Origin: Octopus sinensis
Taxonomy: Eukaryota
Assembly (NCBI RefSeq): GCF_006345805.1
Contig: NC_042997.1
Span: forward strand, 98,704,001 to 98,768,000
Direction: 5' to 3'
Length of the DNA: 64,000 nucleotides
Positions 25,446-40,225 of the stretch are shown here, one piece after another. The notes under the pieces are model-generated. The model ran no database searches. It saw nothing but the letters and a program-made list of their open reading frames with translations, and was not told where the DNA came from. A program made the translations under genes and the position numbers. How positions within the stretch are numbered: position 1 is the stretch's first letter; every line of letters starts with the position of its first letter.

Positions 25446-28400
25446 CTTCTGATTTAAGACACATATACACACGCATACACTCATACATAAGCAGCCATAC
25501 ACAAACACTCGTACATGTACACACTCTTATACGCACTCATACACACACTCACACACACATATTCATGCACACACGTGTTGGTGTACATGCTGATATTTCT
25601 TATACCCAGTCGGATTCTAAAGCTGATGGGTTGATATTTGGGATGATGTGGGTTGCATCGGTTTCGGGTATATCATTAGTGCTGAAATGGTTATATTGTT
25701 CCAGCTAATTGCACTGTTGTGGCTGCTTAATCTCACATAGACATTTCATTAAACGTTTAAAATACACCAGGATACCACGTTATATATTTTTAATTGAAAA
25801 AGATTTGCTTGTCAACTTCTTACTGTACTACTGTTATTATATATTTCTGAACAAATTTGTCATTGTAATTCCTACCTACGCCGACGCCACTCATTATCTA
25901 ACTTTAATTCTTTAGATTCTTTGCATTCTAGCATTCATTACAAATCTCATTCTTCTGCTTGTAAACAATATCAATTCTTTACTTTTCTGTTTTCTATTTT
26001 ATAACGGTTTGATTCAACATTTTGCCTGTTTCAGCTTTGTCATAAATTTTATCCATTCCCTGTTATATTTATTCGTCATCGTATAACTTGCTCAAAAAAG
26101 CACGTATCACTTTCATTTACTCTCTTTACCGCGAGACTAAATGACTTTACTTGCTTTACTTCTTTATTTGGGTGTAAAGGTCAATACTTCTATAATTTCT
26201 CTAATCAGAACTTCAACGCTAGACTAATTCTCTTCCTGGTGTTATAACATTTATTTCATTGACTTGTTATTTGTATTATTTTTGTTGACACAAAACATTT
26301 CTTGGAATTTACTGTTTTACTATATTTCGGTTTGTCAACTCTAAATTGTTATAATAAACTTCCAACGAAACGAATCCAGATTTTTATTCTTCTTGTAATT
26401 CGCCGCCACTCCGAATTTCCAGTTACCCGACGAAGAAAATTTTTCTTTTTCTTTTCTACTGAGTACCGTTCTGAACAAACAATCAGGCCTGAACTAGAGC
26501 TGTCATTACCTCGCCACCAGTGCTGAAATAAGACATTTTCTTATTCAAATATAAATACTAGGGAGTATGCAACATATAATGCATGCTGCATAGTATTGTT
26601 TGAATGTAGACAATATTACAGAAGAGAAAAGAAACAAGGTATATAACAAGCGTATATTTAAGTAGATTTAACCTATATAATCAAAACAGCTTAACAAATT
26701 CTATTTACCACACCTCTGTTATATTGTACTTCTTACATCGCAGAATTAAATAGGTCAAGAAAATTTGGATGCAAATTAGTCAGAGGAATATGATATGATG
26801 TTTTATGCTTCCAAATATATTTGGTTGGATTCGGAGAAAATAAATAAGAAATTTTTAAAACAACAAAATTTAAAAGGCAATAAAAACTGAGAAATAGTAT
26901 ACTAAATGGTTATGGAAAAATACTTTGACATGATTATTTTCAAAAGACGCAGATCATAAAGGATATGAAAGCAAGGTGAATTGTAACTATAATGTGATAT
27001 ACCGTCTGATGCTTTCCATTGACCAATATCTATCAATCAAGAGCCCATAAAAGCATATGCAGCAAGAGAAAACATTTTGAAATCGTTAAACAAACAATAT
27101 AGGAGTAGATAAAATGTTTGAAGAAACTGCTTGGATTGTTTATGATCTACTGTTCTCTCTTTTCACAAAATGTGTGGCTTTACTCTGAAGTAAGGAATCA
27201 ATATAATATTTCTACGCGACAATGATAAAAAGAGCAATAAATAACTCTTTAAGTGATACTTCGACATCAAAAGATAAATGGAGAAACAATTTCTCTGATA
27301 TCAAACACTTCGATTTCCTGAGGAGCACAACCGATAACACAGTATGCGACGTTAGTAAAAGTATATTTTTTACTTATATATAATGATTTCTAAAATGGGA
27401 TGAGACCTCGGTCCTTTTCGAAAAACAGTAATCGATGATTTGGATGCTACTACTCAACTGAATGTCATCGAGGATGAAAAATTCACCACTTAATCTTTGC
27501 TTGTGTTACCACATTTTATTCTTCTGGCTCGGTAGGGGTTAAGTTGTTTTCTGAGAAGAATTCCCTGACTCATAACTAATTACAAAGAACAAGCTTTCAT
27601 GTTAGCACATGCAGAGACTACCTCCCTCTATACTAGCTCTAGCAGGATGTATTTTATGGCAGTTTATACACCCAAGAGAAAATATTTTATATTCTATATT
27701 CAAGAGAATGTAGAATGATCAACATAAACTGTACGACAACAAAATGATATCCTATAGAATTTGTATCTTTTATATCAGCCATGGATTTCTTCACCAACTA
27801 CTTTCTTTTTTACATTTTCCACAGCTCTAACTATATGCGCAAAATCGTGATATATTTATCGCAGTTATGGAGACAACTTTCAAGTAGAAAATTCTAATAT
27901 CTTCACCATCCTTTCGAAAAATACATACATATTCGACAGGTTTCCATTTATCAGCCTCCATTGACAATGCTTTCGTTGACCGAAGGTTACATCACAAATA
28001 CCTTCTCTAAGTTTGCATGCAGGATTTGATCAAACCTGGAACGACTGCCTTTGAAAAGTTGACTCTCTTCAGACGTCTACTAAAACTATTCTACCCTTCT
28101 ATCATCTAAATGTTGTCTGTTTTAACACAGAAGTATTCAATTTAAATGGTTGATTGGCAAATAAGTATGGCCGAAAAATGTACCATAACCGTATGACTTA
28201 TATACGAGAAATTCCTGAAAAGATCCTGGCTTTGGGCAAAAGAAAATACAGCAGGATCAGTTAATTACGATTTTATTTAACATATTTACCACTCAGATTC
28301 ACACACTTATTGCAACGCTCCTTCAGTTTTTCTAATCCCTAAAAATAACTCGAGAGTTTGGGTCTCTAACCAGAACTTTCGCGATACCATGAAAGCCAAA

Positions 28401-28789
28401 AACAGTTTAGCACACACACACACCCCTCGCGTATATTTTAATGCGGCGCTACAAATGAACATCATTGCTTGAAAATCAATGTTTTCTCCCCGTACTTTCC
28501 CATTTTCTTTCCTGTCAACGTTCTTTGTACCCTTCTTTTCTATTTTGCTTTTGTCTTCTCTGCTTTTTTTTTCTTATTTATCTCTTCCACCTTTCTATAT
28601 AACAGCAACTGCAATCAGAGAACTTGCTCTCAGTTTCAGATATTCGTAATATTATCATATTTTCTCGCTCAAAATAGAGGCTGCAAGGAATATTTGAGGA
28701 TACTTAATTACCATAGTGCTTTCATCAAATCAGTTAAAATGTTTATATTTCCACCAAATTCTCCATTAAAGATAAAATGCTAGCACAAA

Positions 28790-29740
28790 AATGAAAAGAC
28801 ATGCAACCACTGTTGCCAAATGTGCGGAACACGGCGATACAGGAAATTGCCAAATGTTTCAGTCGTATTAATGAAGAAAAGCATTTTTTGTTCAAATGAT
28901 TATTGATGATGATCCTGAAAAATCAATGAGGGCCACCGCCAATGAACTTCAGGTGTCTGAGTGGACAATTAAAAATGTGGTGCAAGAGGACATTCGAGAG
29001 AAACTGGATGTAATGAGGAGAGACGAAATTATGCATGAAAAACATAGGAAAACATTTTGATCCGTGCCAAGTGGTTACTTAACTAGGTTAAAACCCCATC
29101 GAAAACATAGCATTCTTTACTTCTCCGGTGAAAATAATTTCGATCAAAACCAAAAGTTTAATAGTAAGTATAATAGGTGGTTATATGTGCAGATCCTTTT
29201 GATGTTCCCAAAGTCATACACACTAAGTTTCCGATAACTGATGATGGATTTAGGAATGATGAGTAACAAATGTCATATCATGCAACCCACATATTTCCAC
29301 AGGGTCTTTGAATTAACGCTACTGTATACGACACATTAGACTGCTGGAGGCAGTAGTTAAGACCTGGACGGATGTAGTTCACAATCGAACGGCTAAAAGG
29401 CAATTTTTACGATGATGCAACATGAACTCTGTGCCCACGACCCCACAATTTTTGGAGTTTTGTGAAGAGAGAGACTTATCAGCATTGTCACAATACCACA
29501 GCCTCGCTGAAGACAGCCATTGAACAGATGATATTCGAAATTAATAAGGACCATTTAGTGTAGGCATGTCAACAATTCTAGTCTCGCTTTGAAGCAGCCA
29601 TCGAGGTTGTAGTTGTATTTGTAGAATACTCTTATCTTATCGAAACATGCTCAATTTTTTTAAAAGTATATTTGGCTTTTGCTAGGCCAGAGTTGTTTTA
29701 TTGACTGTGTCCTCAAATATCACTTACACCTTGTATATTA
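28790..29740 (+). mobile_element. decayed Tc1/mariner-superfamily transposase (maT/DD37D-like)
   Basis: DDDPEKSMRATANELQVSEWTIKNVVQEDI, a decayed FS(D)ENNF, and a HTKFP..MVLGMMSN..H.M.PHIFPQGL-type motif. A terminal-looking acaccttgta lies near 29730. Confidence 0.55.
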
Positions 29741-31021
29741 CAAACTTTCCTCCACAAGCCAGCAAAAGCTTCCCTCTTAGACTGAATCGAAGCTTCACAT
29801 ATAATGAAAAAGAAACAGAATAGTTTACTGTCGCCGTTGAATAGTTTCGGTAAAGAATTTGTACTATGCTCCCAAAACATACATTTATCAGGTAAAATTT
29901 CGAGAGGAATTACAAGAAAAATGCTGGTATATACTCATAAATTGTTCATAAAAAAGCAGCAACTGTCACAGTTGATTGAACTTTTATTGGTATCATCTCC
30001 AATGTCATTTTACCAGCAATTCAGTTTGCTCTCTAACATTTATAACTGAAGTTGCATAATTTAATCGATATTAAGTTTCATTAAATGATAAATAGGCTTT
30101 TATTTCAAAGGAAATCATTTAAGCCAAATTAGCTGATTAAAGTTGATTTAAAGTAATGGAAATGTTTCAGTGAATTACGAACACTATGTTTTAGTAGGCT
30201 AGTGACACAACACATCTCAAATAACTGACGTGATTAAAATAAATCAATTAATTATTGATTCTGACTTTATTCCATAATTTACTGAATATCGCTGGTATCA
30301 ACAATTTATAAAATCTCTATTTTTAAGTTGTATATACGGATATGGGGCAGAGTTGCATGTATAAGATTGTATTCATTTCGCTTAAGCAATACCATGAAAA
30401 ATCTTCACTCTTGTATACGACTTTTCTGCCCTGTAACAAACAAATGTATTGTGCAGAGAAATGGTTGTCCATTCTGATCTTTGCTTTGCACCCAAGTAGG
30501 TACGCATTTGATTCGACACTGCAAACCTCTATGAGTAAGTAGTATCATATTTTCAAATGAGTTTTATCATATTTTCAAATTGATGTAACCTTGTGACTGA
30601 GATTTGATAGAAATTATGGTACGTGTATGTGTGTACATTGGAAAGAAATAGTAAAAATCGCTACGCTCAACTGAAATAACTTGTTGCTTTTTATTCTAGC
30701 TCGATTAAGTCTCTTTGCATGCCTGATGGGCAGGAATGACTAAACGTAATAACGGACAAGATGTTGTGGATGTAATCTGTGAAAAGTTCCTTCGAAGGAA
30801 TTTCGTATTTGATAGTAACTAACAGGAAGAATATAAAAAATATATATACCTTCACAACAGAACAATACACACGTAGAATCATCTTTTCTCTGTTCTACTT
30901 TCAGAATTTCTGCTTTGCAATTTAACAAAAATGCCTTACACACACATACACAAACACCTATATTTATGCGATATACATATACAAATGGTCGTTCGCAAAG
31001 ACAGACAGGCATATAGACACT

Positions 31022-31116
<95 letters not shown>

Positions 31117-32339
31117 CTTGTGTTCATTTTTAGAGGGAAGATTTAATTGAATATGCTACAGTAAAGTTAATCGAAATTTCAAACTCAATTTAAAGAAGAT
31201 GCAAGTGTGTTTTTTTTTCTTTTCGGTCAATCACAGGTATTCTTCCCAACATGTTAGTTTCTACAATTATAGACATGCTGATATGTCTGAAATAAAAAAA
31301 AAGAGGAATTCCATGTAACGTCTGAAATCCTACTTCGGTTGTGATATGTGAAAGAAAGAAAGTCTAAGGGTGAACACAATATATAATCTGTACAACAGGA
31401 GGTAAGCTAGAGAGACAAATGTGAGATATGTTTAAATACGAAAGAAACACAGATGAGTAAGAGTGGGAAGGTTTTATTTTTAATCAATGGTAATCTGGCG
31501 AATCTAATCATTCTTCTTAGTCTTCTCTTTTTTTCACGCAAGTTGCATTGCCGCAGCAAATATCTTCGACAGAATTACAATTACAGATTGTATGAAAGAC
31601 AGGAAGAAAAAAATGTGGATGGAGGATGAAACATTAAGACATAGAATTAAGTGCAAATGGAAATAAGAAGAAATATATTATAGTTAGAAAATAGATAAAA
31701 ATCTTTAATAGAAAATTTTCAGAATAAAACAGTAGGAAAGGAAAGTAAGAAAAGAGCAGCAGAAAGAGAAAATTAGCTGAAGATAAAAACACTAACAAGA
31801 TTAAAGTAAAATTTGTGGGAATAGAATTAAAGGTGATTGCTACAGATATGTATTATAGCTGTGCTGTATGATACTATAAAGCTGTGTGAATTAACAGTCA
31901 GATTTTAACCAAGTTGCAAGATCTCATCGTTCAAATATAACAAATATTTACTGTATATTTTTTCTAAAGTACTACTTCTGTTATCCTTTGCTACTCCACC
32001 TAGTAACTTTGTATATATCTACATAAAAGTTATATAAACGTGCACAAACCAAAAAAATACACTGTGTGTGCTTACTTGAACTGTTAGCCAGAATTCTCTG
32101 AAATCGTAACCAACTGAAAAACACATTGGATAATGTTGTCTTCGTTAATATATATCTTAAAATAATCATTATATAGTCATTATAATTGGATGGACTTTGA
32201 TTAGTATGTTGACATGAAACTAAACTACAACAATAATACAATGCAAATAACGCTATCAAATAGCCATAACGATTCTTAAACGTCATACCTGGAATCATCA
32301 TAGGTTTCGTACTCACCAAATCTGAGCTATACCAATGTA

Positions 32340-33090
32340 CGGAGACGAAAATAAAATTATGAACCACATAGGACTGCACGCTCTTCCGTGCGGAAGAAAA
32401 AAAGCTGGTGGAAAGTGACGTTCCTGTAATACTCGGCTGATACTCATCGACAATGCACGGCTGCTGAACAAATGTATGATGGACGGTTCTGTCATTCTAC
32501 AAACAGAACATATAATGGTTCTGTAGCGCTAACGTCGTCGTCCTGCATCGTTCGTACTTTTACAGTGCGTTGATGACACTACAACGACAGACTTCCCGAT
32601 TAAACGCGAGTTCTTCGATCAGATGAAGCCGCAGCATTATTTCGTCCTGACTTTCTCGTAGTATTTTTTGGCTGAGAAATTGGGGCAGTTTCCGACTGAG
32701 TTGCTATTGGCCCACAAGAACATCATCCGCCTTTCGTCAAGTTACATTCTTATTGCTGCTATCCAGGCACCCTCCTCACAAGAGTAGAAAGCTACACAAT
32801 TGTAACAGCCGGTTTAGTCGTCGGCCACTCGACCACGAATACCAGTAGCAGGTTTCATCAGCCTGTGAGGAAATCTCTGACCGGACACACAAACAGGCCA
32901 AGGCTTATTGGAGATTATCAGTAACACTCAACATAAAAGTCCGCCGGGAGGCATTTCAGGTTGTACTAGTCCTTTCTCAGAATTGCTCATACGCATAGTG
33001 GCTCATAATGTCATAAACCCGCTATCGAATACGGGTTGATACTCACCGACACACAGAGTGCAATAACGGCTGGGCATCATTCAAAATGTC
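32340..33090 (-). other. CpG-richer non-repetitive segment with two GTGAGT donor-like sites (about 32315 and 33045) and a decayed HHR-like motif (32805-32866)
   Basis: Visibly more CpG than the flanks. The donor sites read tttg|GTGAGT and gtcg|GTGAGT on the minus strand. Identity unresolved. Confidence 0.3.
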
Positions 33091-33799
33091 TTCAAGTTAC
33101 CTCTGACTCATTACTGCAGTAGAATGAAAGAAATGAGCTGTAGAAAGACGTGTTACATGTAGAGTTAGAGCACACTGTCTTCCACCAATGTCTGCATGTA
33201 ATAATAATAATGATGTTAATAATAATAGTAATAAGAAGAAGAAAGAAAGAAAGAAAGAAAGACAAAACGAAAGAAAGGAAGAAAGAAAGAAAGAAAGAAC
33301 GTGTTTATATATACAGTTAATAATGATGCTCCTAATGTTACTATTATTACTACTACCAGTACTACTACTGTTACTACAACTACTACTACTACTACTACTA
33401 CTACACTGAATTCTTACTGGGATAGTTCTCCATTGTTCATCTTTGTCAGCCTCATCTAACGACGAATGAAAGTGGTCTGAAATATTGTGGTATAATCCCA
33501 TTGGTGCAGGATTATCCCAAGAGTACATGCCTCCGGGAGTCCCATTCCTGGGCTATCTTTGCCACTCTCATTTACATATCGGGAAATCATGCCTCAAAGA
33601 TCATCAGCTTGTTCCTCTTACCGAGTGAAAGTTCAAGCCATTGATGAAGGCTTGGTCGACGAGAAATGAGCTTGTCTTTAATCCTTTAAATATTGTATGA
33701 CAGAAATCTCTGAAGTTATAAAATTTTATGGAAGAGAAAGAGAAATTAAACTAACTTTGTAGAATTTCCTTTCTTCTACTTTATAAAGATGTCAATACG

Positions 33800-34395
33800 C
33801 GCTTGTGAGGGGAGGGGAGGTAGGAGGATGGGAGGTAGAAGGACGGGAGGTAGAAGGACGGGAAGTGGAGGAGGGGAGGTAGAAGGACGGGAGGTGGGGG
33901 AGGAGAGGTAGGAGGGGAGGTAGGAAGAAGGGAGATAGGAGGAGAGGAGTAAAAGGAGGGGTGGTAGGAGTAGGGGAGGGAAGGAGAAGGTGGAAGAAGA
34001 AGAAGAAGTAGAGGAAGAAGAAGAAAAGGAAGAAGACAAGAAGAAGAGGAAGAAGACAAGAAAGAAGAAGAAATAGTAGTAGTAGTAGTAGTAGTAGTAG
34101 TAGAAGAAGAAGAAGAAGAAGAAGAAGAAGAAGACGAAGAAGAAGAAGGAGAAGGAGGAGAAAAAGAAGAAGAAGTAGTAGTAGTAGTAGTAGTAGTAAG
34201 TAGTAGTAGTAGTAGTAGTAAAAGACGAAGAAGAAGGAGAAGGAGGAGGAGAAGAAGAAGAAGAAGAAGAAGAAGAAGGAGAAGGAGGAGGAGAAGAAGA
34301 AGAAGAAGAAGAAGAAGAAGAAGAAGAAGAAGAAGAAGAAGAAGAAGAGAAGAAAAAAAAAAAGAGAAGAAAAAGAAGAAGAAGACGACCATGAC
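33800..34395. repeat. purine-rich compound microsatellite (GGA/AAG/AGT)
   Basis: Direct reading; it explains the spurious long ORFs at 33776-34599. Confidence 0.95.
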
Positions 34396-34419
34396 AAGAA
34401 GATTGAGAAAGATAATACA

Positions 34420-35857
34420 TACAAAGTTGGATTGAAAAGCAATGTTATTGAAGCGATAACTGCGGTTGTTAGATATGGAGTTGAGATTGTAAATTGGATA
34501 AAAAGTGGCATACAGAAACTTGGCAAAAAACTGTTTACTATGTATGGTCCCCACTATCCGAAAGCTGATATTAACCGGTTGTACTTGAAGAGAGACCAAG
34601 GTAGAAGAAGCTTAACTGCAGTAGAAGAACGTGTACAGATGGAGACAAAATGTCTACTAGAATATTTACAGAATTGTCTAGAGAAATTACTAAAGGCAGT
34701 ATATAAAGAACAGGTGATCAAGTGTGGAATAGGAGGAAAATACAAGAATGATTTTAAAAGAGAGCAAGTTAAGCAGACTGATGCGAAACCTACCAATGGT
34801 CAGTTCTGGAAAACCACTGAGAGACTTAGCTGATAAGCAATTTAAAAAAGAAACAGAGCTTATTATAGCAGCTCAAGATCAAGCATTGCAAGCAAACAAC
34901 TTGAGAAAATATGTGTATGGGGAGATATGTCAGCAAAATGTGGAGTATGTTGAATTAGGTATGAATCAATCTCTCACATTCGTGCAGAATGTCCCAAGGT
35001 GTCTCGGGGAGAATATGAGAAATAGAGGCATGACCAATTTGTGAAAGTTTTGCACTGGAAGCTTTGTCAGAAAGTTCTTGGTATAATCACTGGGTTTAAA
35101 GAGTCCTTAAGTCAGAAATATGCAAGATTTTATGAGATATTCCAATTACAGAGACTAACCCTAAAGATCTGAACAGACGGATAGAAGAAATAGGCATAAA
35201 ACCCAGTTTCGTACAGCTCCAGAAAACAGAGTTATTAGGAACAGCTAGGATACTTAGCAGGGTTCGTAGCATCAAAAGTTACTTGTAGCCTGATGTTAGG
35301 ATTTATTTCTTTTCCAGCAGTGTAATCTGTTGTGATTATATGAAAATAACAACAACAATAACAATGATGATGATGAGGATGATGATGATAATCGAAAATG
35401 ATAATGCAAAGATCCTATGGGATTTTATGCTTTAATGCGACCATGAGATAGAGAATAGGAAACCAGTCATAGTGTTAATTGAGAAAGAAAGCAAACGATG
35501 CTGGATCATAGATATAGCATGCCCAGCTGACAACAAGGTACGCGATAAGGAAGAAAGAAAAGTCGATAGATATGACAGGTTAGCTTCGGACGTTAAGCAG
35601 TTGTGGTTGATGAAAAGGGTGGTAGTAGTACCAAAAATTGACGGAAACCCAGGGAACAATGAGTAAAGTTCTTGAGAAGTACATGGAACAAATAGGGGCT
35701 GCAATAAGGGTGGAACACTTGCAGTAAACAGCACTGCTTGGAACCGCTTGAATACTCCGGATGGTGCTCGAAAAATAAGGGGTGTCACCTTAGTTCACTG
35801 GCATTGTACAGCTGGCACCGTAGTACATCTCTAGCGTTAGATGTGCAAAGACAATAA
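34420..35857 (+). mobile_element. decayed, internally rearranged RLE-type LINE flanked by (GAA)n tracts
   Basis: HYPKADINRLYLKRDQGRR, AAQDQAL, RHDQFVKVLHWKLCQ and AKILWDF...RCWIIDIACPADNKV. Confidence 0.8.
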
Positions 35858-36660
35858 AGAAGAAGAAGAAGAAGAAGAGAAGAAGAAGAAGAAGAAGAAG
35901 AAGAAGAAGAAGAAGAAGAAGAAGAAGAACAACAACAACACAACAACAACAACAACAACAACAACAAGAATGAGCGATTGGTCTAATACTGCTCTTTTGA
36001 ACATGCAAAGAGAAACATTTTATTTAAAATAAGCACCAAAACCAAAAATGAAAGAGAAAATAATCATCTTTAATACTATATAGGCAATAAATCTTATATA
36101 ATGTTTGAAACCACAGAAAAATCAATATCTGAATAGTTTGGAAATATCAAAAGAAATCCTACTAAATATATTCTTTGCCAAGCAGAGAAATGCATTGACA
36201 TGTAGAAAATATATGGAATTCAGTTGAATGTTTAGAATATAGTTTGGATAAATAACTAAAATATATGTATTAATTTTTTACATCAAAAGTTCAATTAATA
36301 TTCTTAAATATTCTGTATTGATTTAACATATTTTATGGGTATTTGGTTTTAAAACAATCAGCAACTTATACTCACATTTCAATATTTTTATGGTTGACTT
36401 CGTCGTATATGACAACTTGGCGACTATTGCTATATATAGAATATTACTGTATGTTATACAACGTACTATGTATTAAAACGAAAAAGGTCTATGCTGATAA
36501 CGTTTTGAATATACATGGACATAGATAAATATATACATAAATACTTGTGCGCGTGTGTATGTATACCTATGTCTGTATGTATATATGTATGTCTGTATGT
36601 ATGTATGTATGTATGTATGTATGTTTGTATATACATATGTATGTATGTATGTATGTATGT

Positions 36661-36742
<82 letters not shown>

Positions 36743-38759
36743 TGATTGATGGATTGATAGATTACTACACTCGTCTGATAGTCGAAAGACCCCGTTTGTT
36801 TTGTTTTGCTTTAATTTTGTTGTAATTGTATAATTATATTCCTATTGTTGTACATCCGAAAGGCGCTTATCCATTGTATATGTATAATTCTATTTCATAT
36901 ATTACGTTTGTCCGATAGTCGAAAGACCCTTTCTTTTGCTTACTTATTTGTTTTCGTATATGTACATTCGTTTGCTTTGCCCGGGGGCTTAATGCTTTTA
37001 GCTTGAGCCTTTAGTCTCGCCGCTTTCGAGTAGTATCGTAGATAAGTGGGCGAAACTACGTTTGCGAATGATCCGTATTTCTTGTTTTGTCCTTTTTCCC
37101 GCATGTTGTGTTTTGACGGTTTCTGTTTGCAGTGCTTTTCTGTTCTACCTTTGATTTATTCATGTGGCGCTACGTACAACTTGTGGGTTTACACACAGAC
37201 ACATATATATATATGATATATTATATGTATGTATGTATGTATGTATGTATGCATGTATGTATGTATGTATGTATGTATGTATGTATGTATGTATGTATGT
37301 ATGCATGTATAAAATATTAGGGAATAAATCCAATATAATATATATATATATAAACGTGCATGTGTATGTGGTTGCGTGTGTGTGAGTAAACCTGGTATAT
37401 TTCTAAAGTACCATATACAACTAATAGTTCGAATTTAATAAGTATCGAAAGATTGCATGAAATGCATTTATTAATTCAGTCTATGGAAATGTTACTGGAT
37501 TATCAATAGTTATGTCAAGAGTTGTGTTAATACTAATTATATATTAACTGTTTAATTTAATGAAAAATCAAACGTGTTCTGTAAATGTAACCACAGAGTT
37601 CTAGAAGTTGATGTATGTTAGAATTTGTGTCTGTTTCGAAGATGCCAGCTTTGTCATGGAATTTTGAAAATGAAAAAGAGAATTCATTTTTATCTGCAGT
37701 CGAAGCTTCAAGTGTTTCAGGTGTAAGCTTAATGCTTTGGCACATATTATTCTTGGTTATTTCTGTAAACATTTCATCCAGGTAAATTTGCTTCATATCA
37801 AAGATTCATTATCCCCTTTCCGTCATGAAGCCACGCGCTCAGATCCTTTAATTATTTAACTCAACATTTCAAATAATTTGTCAATACTAACGCTTTCAGC
37901 TATATCCATTTCATTTCCAGCCATTATTAATGTAATCACTTTAACTAAAAGTTACAACCTGATCTATAATTCTAGGTTTAGTACAATGATACTCAATACG
38001 TGTTACTTCGTCAACAATCATCCACTCATCTTGATTCTCTTATTATTCCTGCTTGCTATATCCTTCGCATCAAATGCTTCATCACATTTAATATATTGAA
38101 GGAACTCTTTAGTTGACTATTTCTTTTCAGATGCATGAAATCTTGTAAAATCATTGTCAACGTTTTCACACGTGAATTCTAAAACATCAGAGCAGACTAC
38201 GTCATATGATGGCTTTTGATTTTTCCAGGCACACTTCGGCGTCCACATTTCATGTAGAAATCTTTTTTTTTTTTAATATCTTTATAGGCTGATCAATTTT
38301 TACTAAAGTTATATCTCTCATGACAGTGTAAGATTCATTACGTTCATTGAGCAAAAGAACTGAAAATGGAATTAGAAGATGGAAGCAAATATATTGGAAA
38401 ACTATGTTCTTTTGTTCTAACACAAGAATACAGCGCTTGAGTGAGATGAATAGCTGTCAAGAATAAATATTCGCCAATTTTGCTGTTGGCCAACAGTTGT
38501 GCGGACTATTCTCGTTTCTGGCACGAAATACTTTTCAATTTATTGCATAGCAATTTCGGTTATTGTCGAGCTGTTTGAATTTATAGAATATATTACTAGG
38601 AACATTTGAAAGCCTTTCAAATTCCCTGGAGATTTGCCTTTTCTCTAAACTGTTTACATCTGTGTGTTCATGTTTCATTTAAGGTCCCCTGAATGGCAAG
38701 TATATCGTCAGATTGTTTAACGTTGTATGCAAATAATCTGTACACACATAATCATGAAA

Positions 38760-38793
<34 letters not shown>

Positions 38794-39714
38794 TTCTGCG
38801 AGATTTACCATGGGAACACATCAGATGTGATAACGCCTAAACTTTATAGTAATTGTGAAGACTTTAGATGTTTCATTTGTACGACTTTTATAAACAAAAA
38901 CTACTGTGTTTAAGAAGAGATTGCGCCCATTAATGGATGTTTTGCAGATCTCAGTAACATGAAGATAGAGTAACTCTGATGTTGGAGATTAACTCGACTC
39001 TCAATAACAAACATTTAAGTGAGAAAGATTATGATGGTATCGTCTGAATACATTTGATAACAAGTAACTAGTAACAAAAAAGCAGATTTTTAACGTACAG
39101 ATGAGAGGGTGCCGGAATAGTGACTCCGTTTTGAGCACAGCAGAGTTGCTATGTGATGTCTAAAAGAGAGTGCCATCGACGAAGAATTTTATAGAGATAA
39201 CTGCTTTCTTAGGCAAAACATAAAAGCGGGATGAAGTCAATATACGTATGACTTGGCTAGAATGTTTTCATGCCAGTCAAGGTGAGAGATTGTGATAATG
39301 TCAACAGCAACGAATTTGCTTTCGTTCACTGTTTAGTTCTCAGAAACTACTGACCATTAACCTGTAACATTTCAATGTAATGTACCAATAGATCTCGCTC
39401 TACGAAAATAGTGCTGCTCGTCTCATATAGAAGAGGAGAAGAGCAAGATAGAGATAGAGAGAGAATGATAGAGAGGTAGAGGAGAGTCAGATTCCTCGAC
39501 AGTGTTAACAAAATGGCGAAGGCTACATTTACATTAACTTGAGATGTAATGGATAGCAGCGATAGGCTGGAATATTTAATGTATGCTCATATTTTATTGT
39601 TTCAGGACTGGTCGTTGTTTTATCATTTTAAATCAGTCATCATTCCATCTTATCAGTGAAGACAAAGTTTTTATATTTTTGTAACTAAAACTATAAACTG
39701 CAAATATATCAGTT

Positions 39715-39910
39715 TTCAAATTTTGGCTTAAAGCCAGAAATTTCGAGGGAGGAGTAAGTCGATTACATTGACCCTCAGTGACCAACTGGTACTTATTTTA
39801 TGAACACGAAAGGGTCGACCTCGGCGGAATTTGAACTCAGGACATAGAAACGGCCGAAATGCCGCTAATCATTTTGCCCGTCATGCTAACGATTCTGCCA
39901 GCTTGGTGCC
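39715..39910 (-). mobile_element. SINE family A copy
   Basis: GGAATTTGAACTCAG...CTAACGATTCTGCCAGC. Confidence 0.8.
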
Positions 39911-39994
39911 TTCAAAACTGCAAATATTATTGAATATAAACAAAAACAGTGTTAATTACAAATAAACCTTTATAACATCAAGCTCAAATAATTC

Positions 39995-40225
39995 TTGCTA
40001 CTGGAAGCACAAGGCCTCAAATCTGAGGTAAGGGAGTAAGTCTGAGGTAAGGGAGTAAGTCGATTACATCGACCCCAGTGCGCAAGTGTTACTTATTTAA
40101 TCGACCCCGAAAGTATCAAAAGGCAAACTCGACCTAGGCAGAATTTGAACTTCGAACGTAGCGGCAGACGAAATATTGCTAAGCATTTCGCCCGCGTGCT
40201 AACGATTCTAACAGCTCGCCGCCTA
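39995..40225 (-). mobile_element. SINE family A copy with a 19-bp internal tandem duplication
   Basis: ctgaggtaagggagtaagt x2 and CTAACGATTCTAACAGCTCGCC. Confidence 0.8.

Noticed and set aside
25590-26530. Possible small minus-strand exons (ttcag|CACT...|gt at about 25600-25685 and about 26505-26525)
   Set aside because: The splice signals are plausible but short, with no protein similarity. They cannot be told apart from chance without RNA data.
31981-32379. Minus-strand ORF with a signal-peptide-like stretch (MTFKNRYGYLIALFALYYCCSLVSC)
   Set aside because: There are no recognisable domains or supportable downstream exons, and hydrophobic runs are common in AT-rich noncoding DNA.
33776-34599. 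Long ORFs of 214-272 aa
   Set aside because: They are translations of trinucleotide and purine-rich microsatellites.
36770-37190. Segment with repeated GATAGTCGAAAGACCC and a GGGCGAAAC motif, considered as an HHR or solo LTR
   Set aside because: There is no CUGANGA core in register and no clear TG...CA ends or TSD. It is left unclassified.
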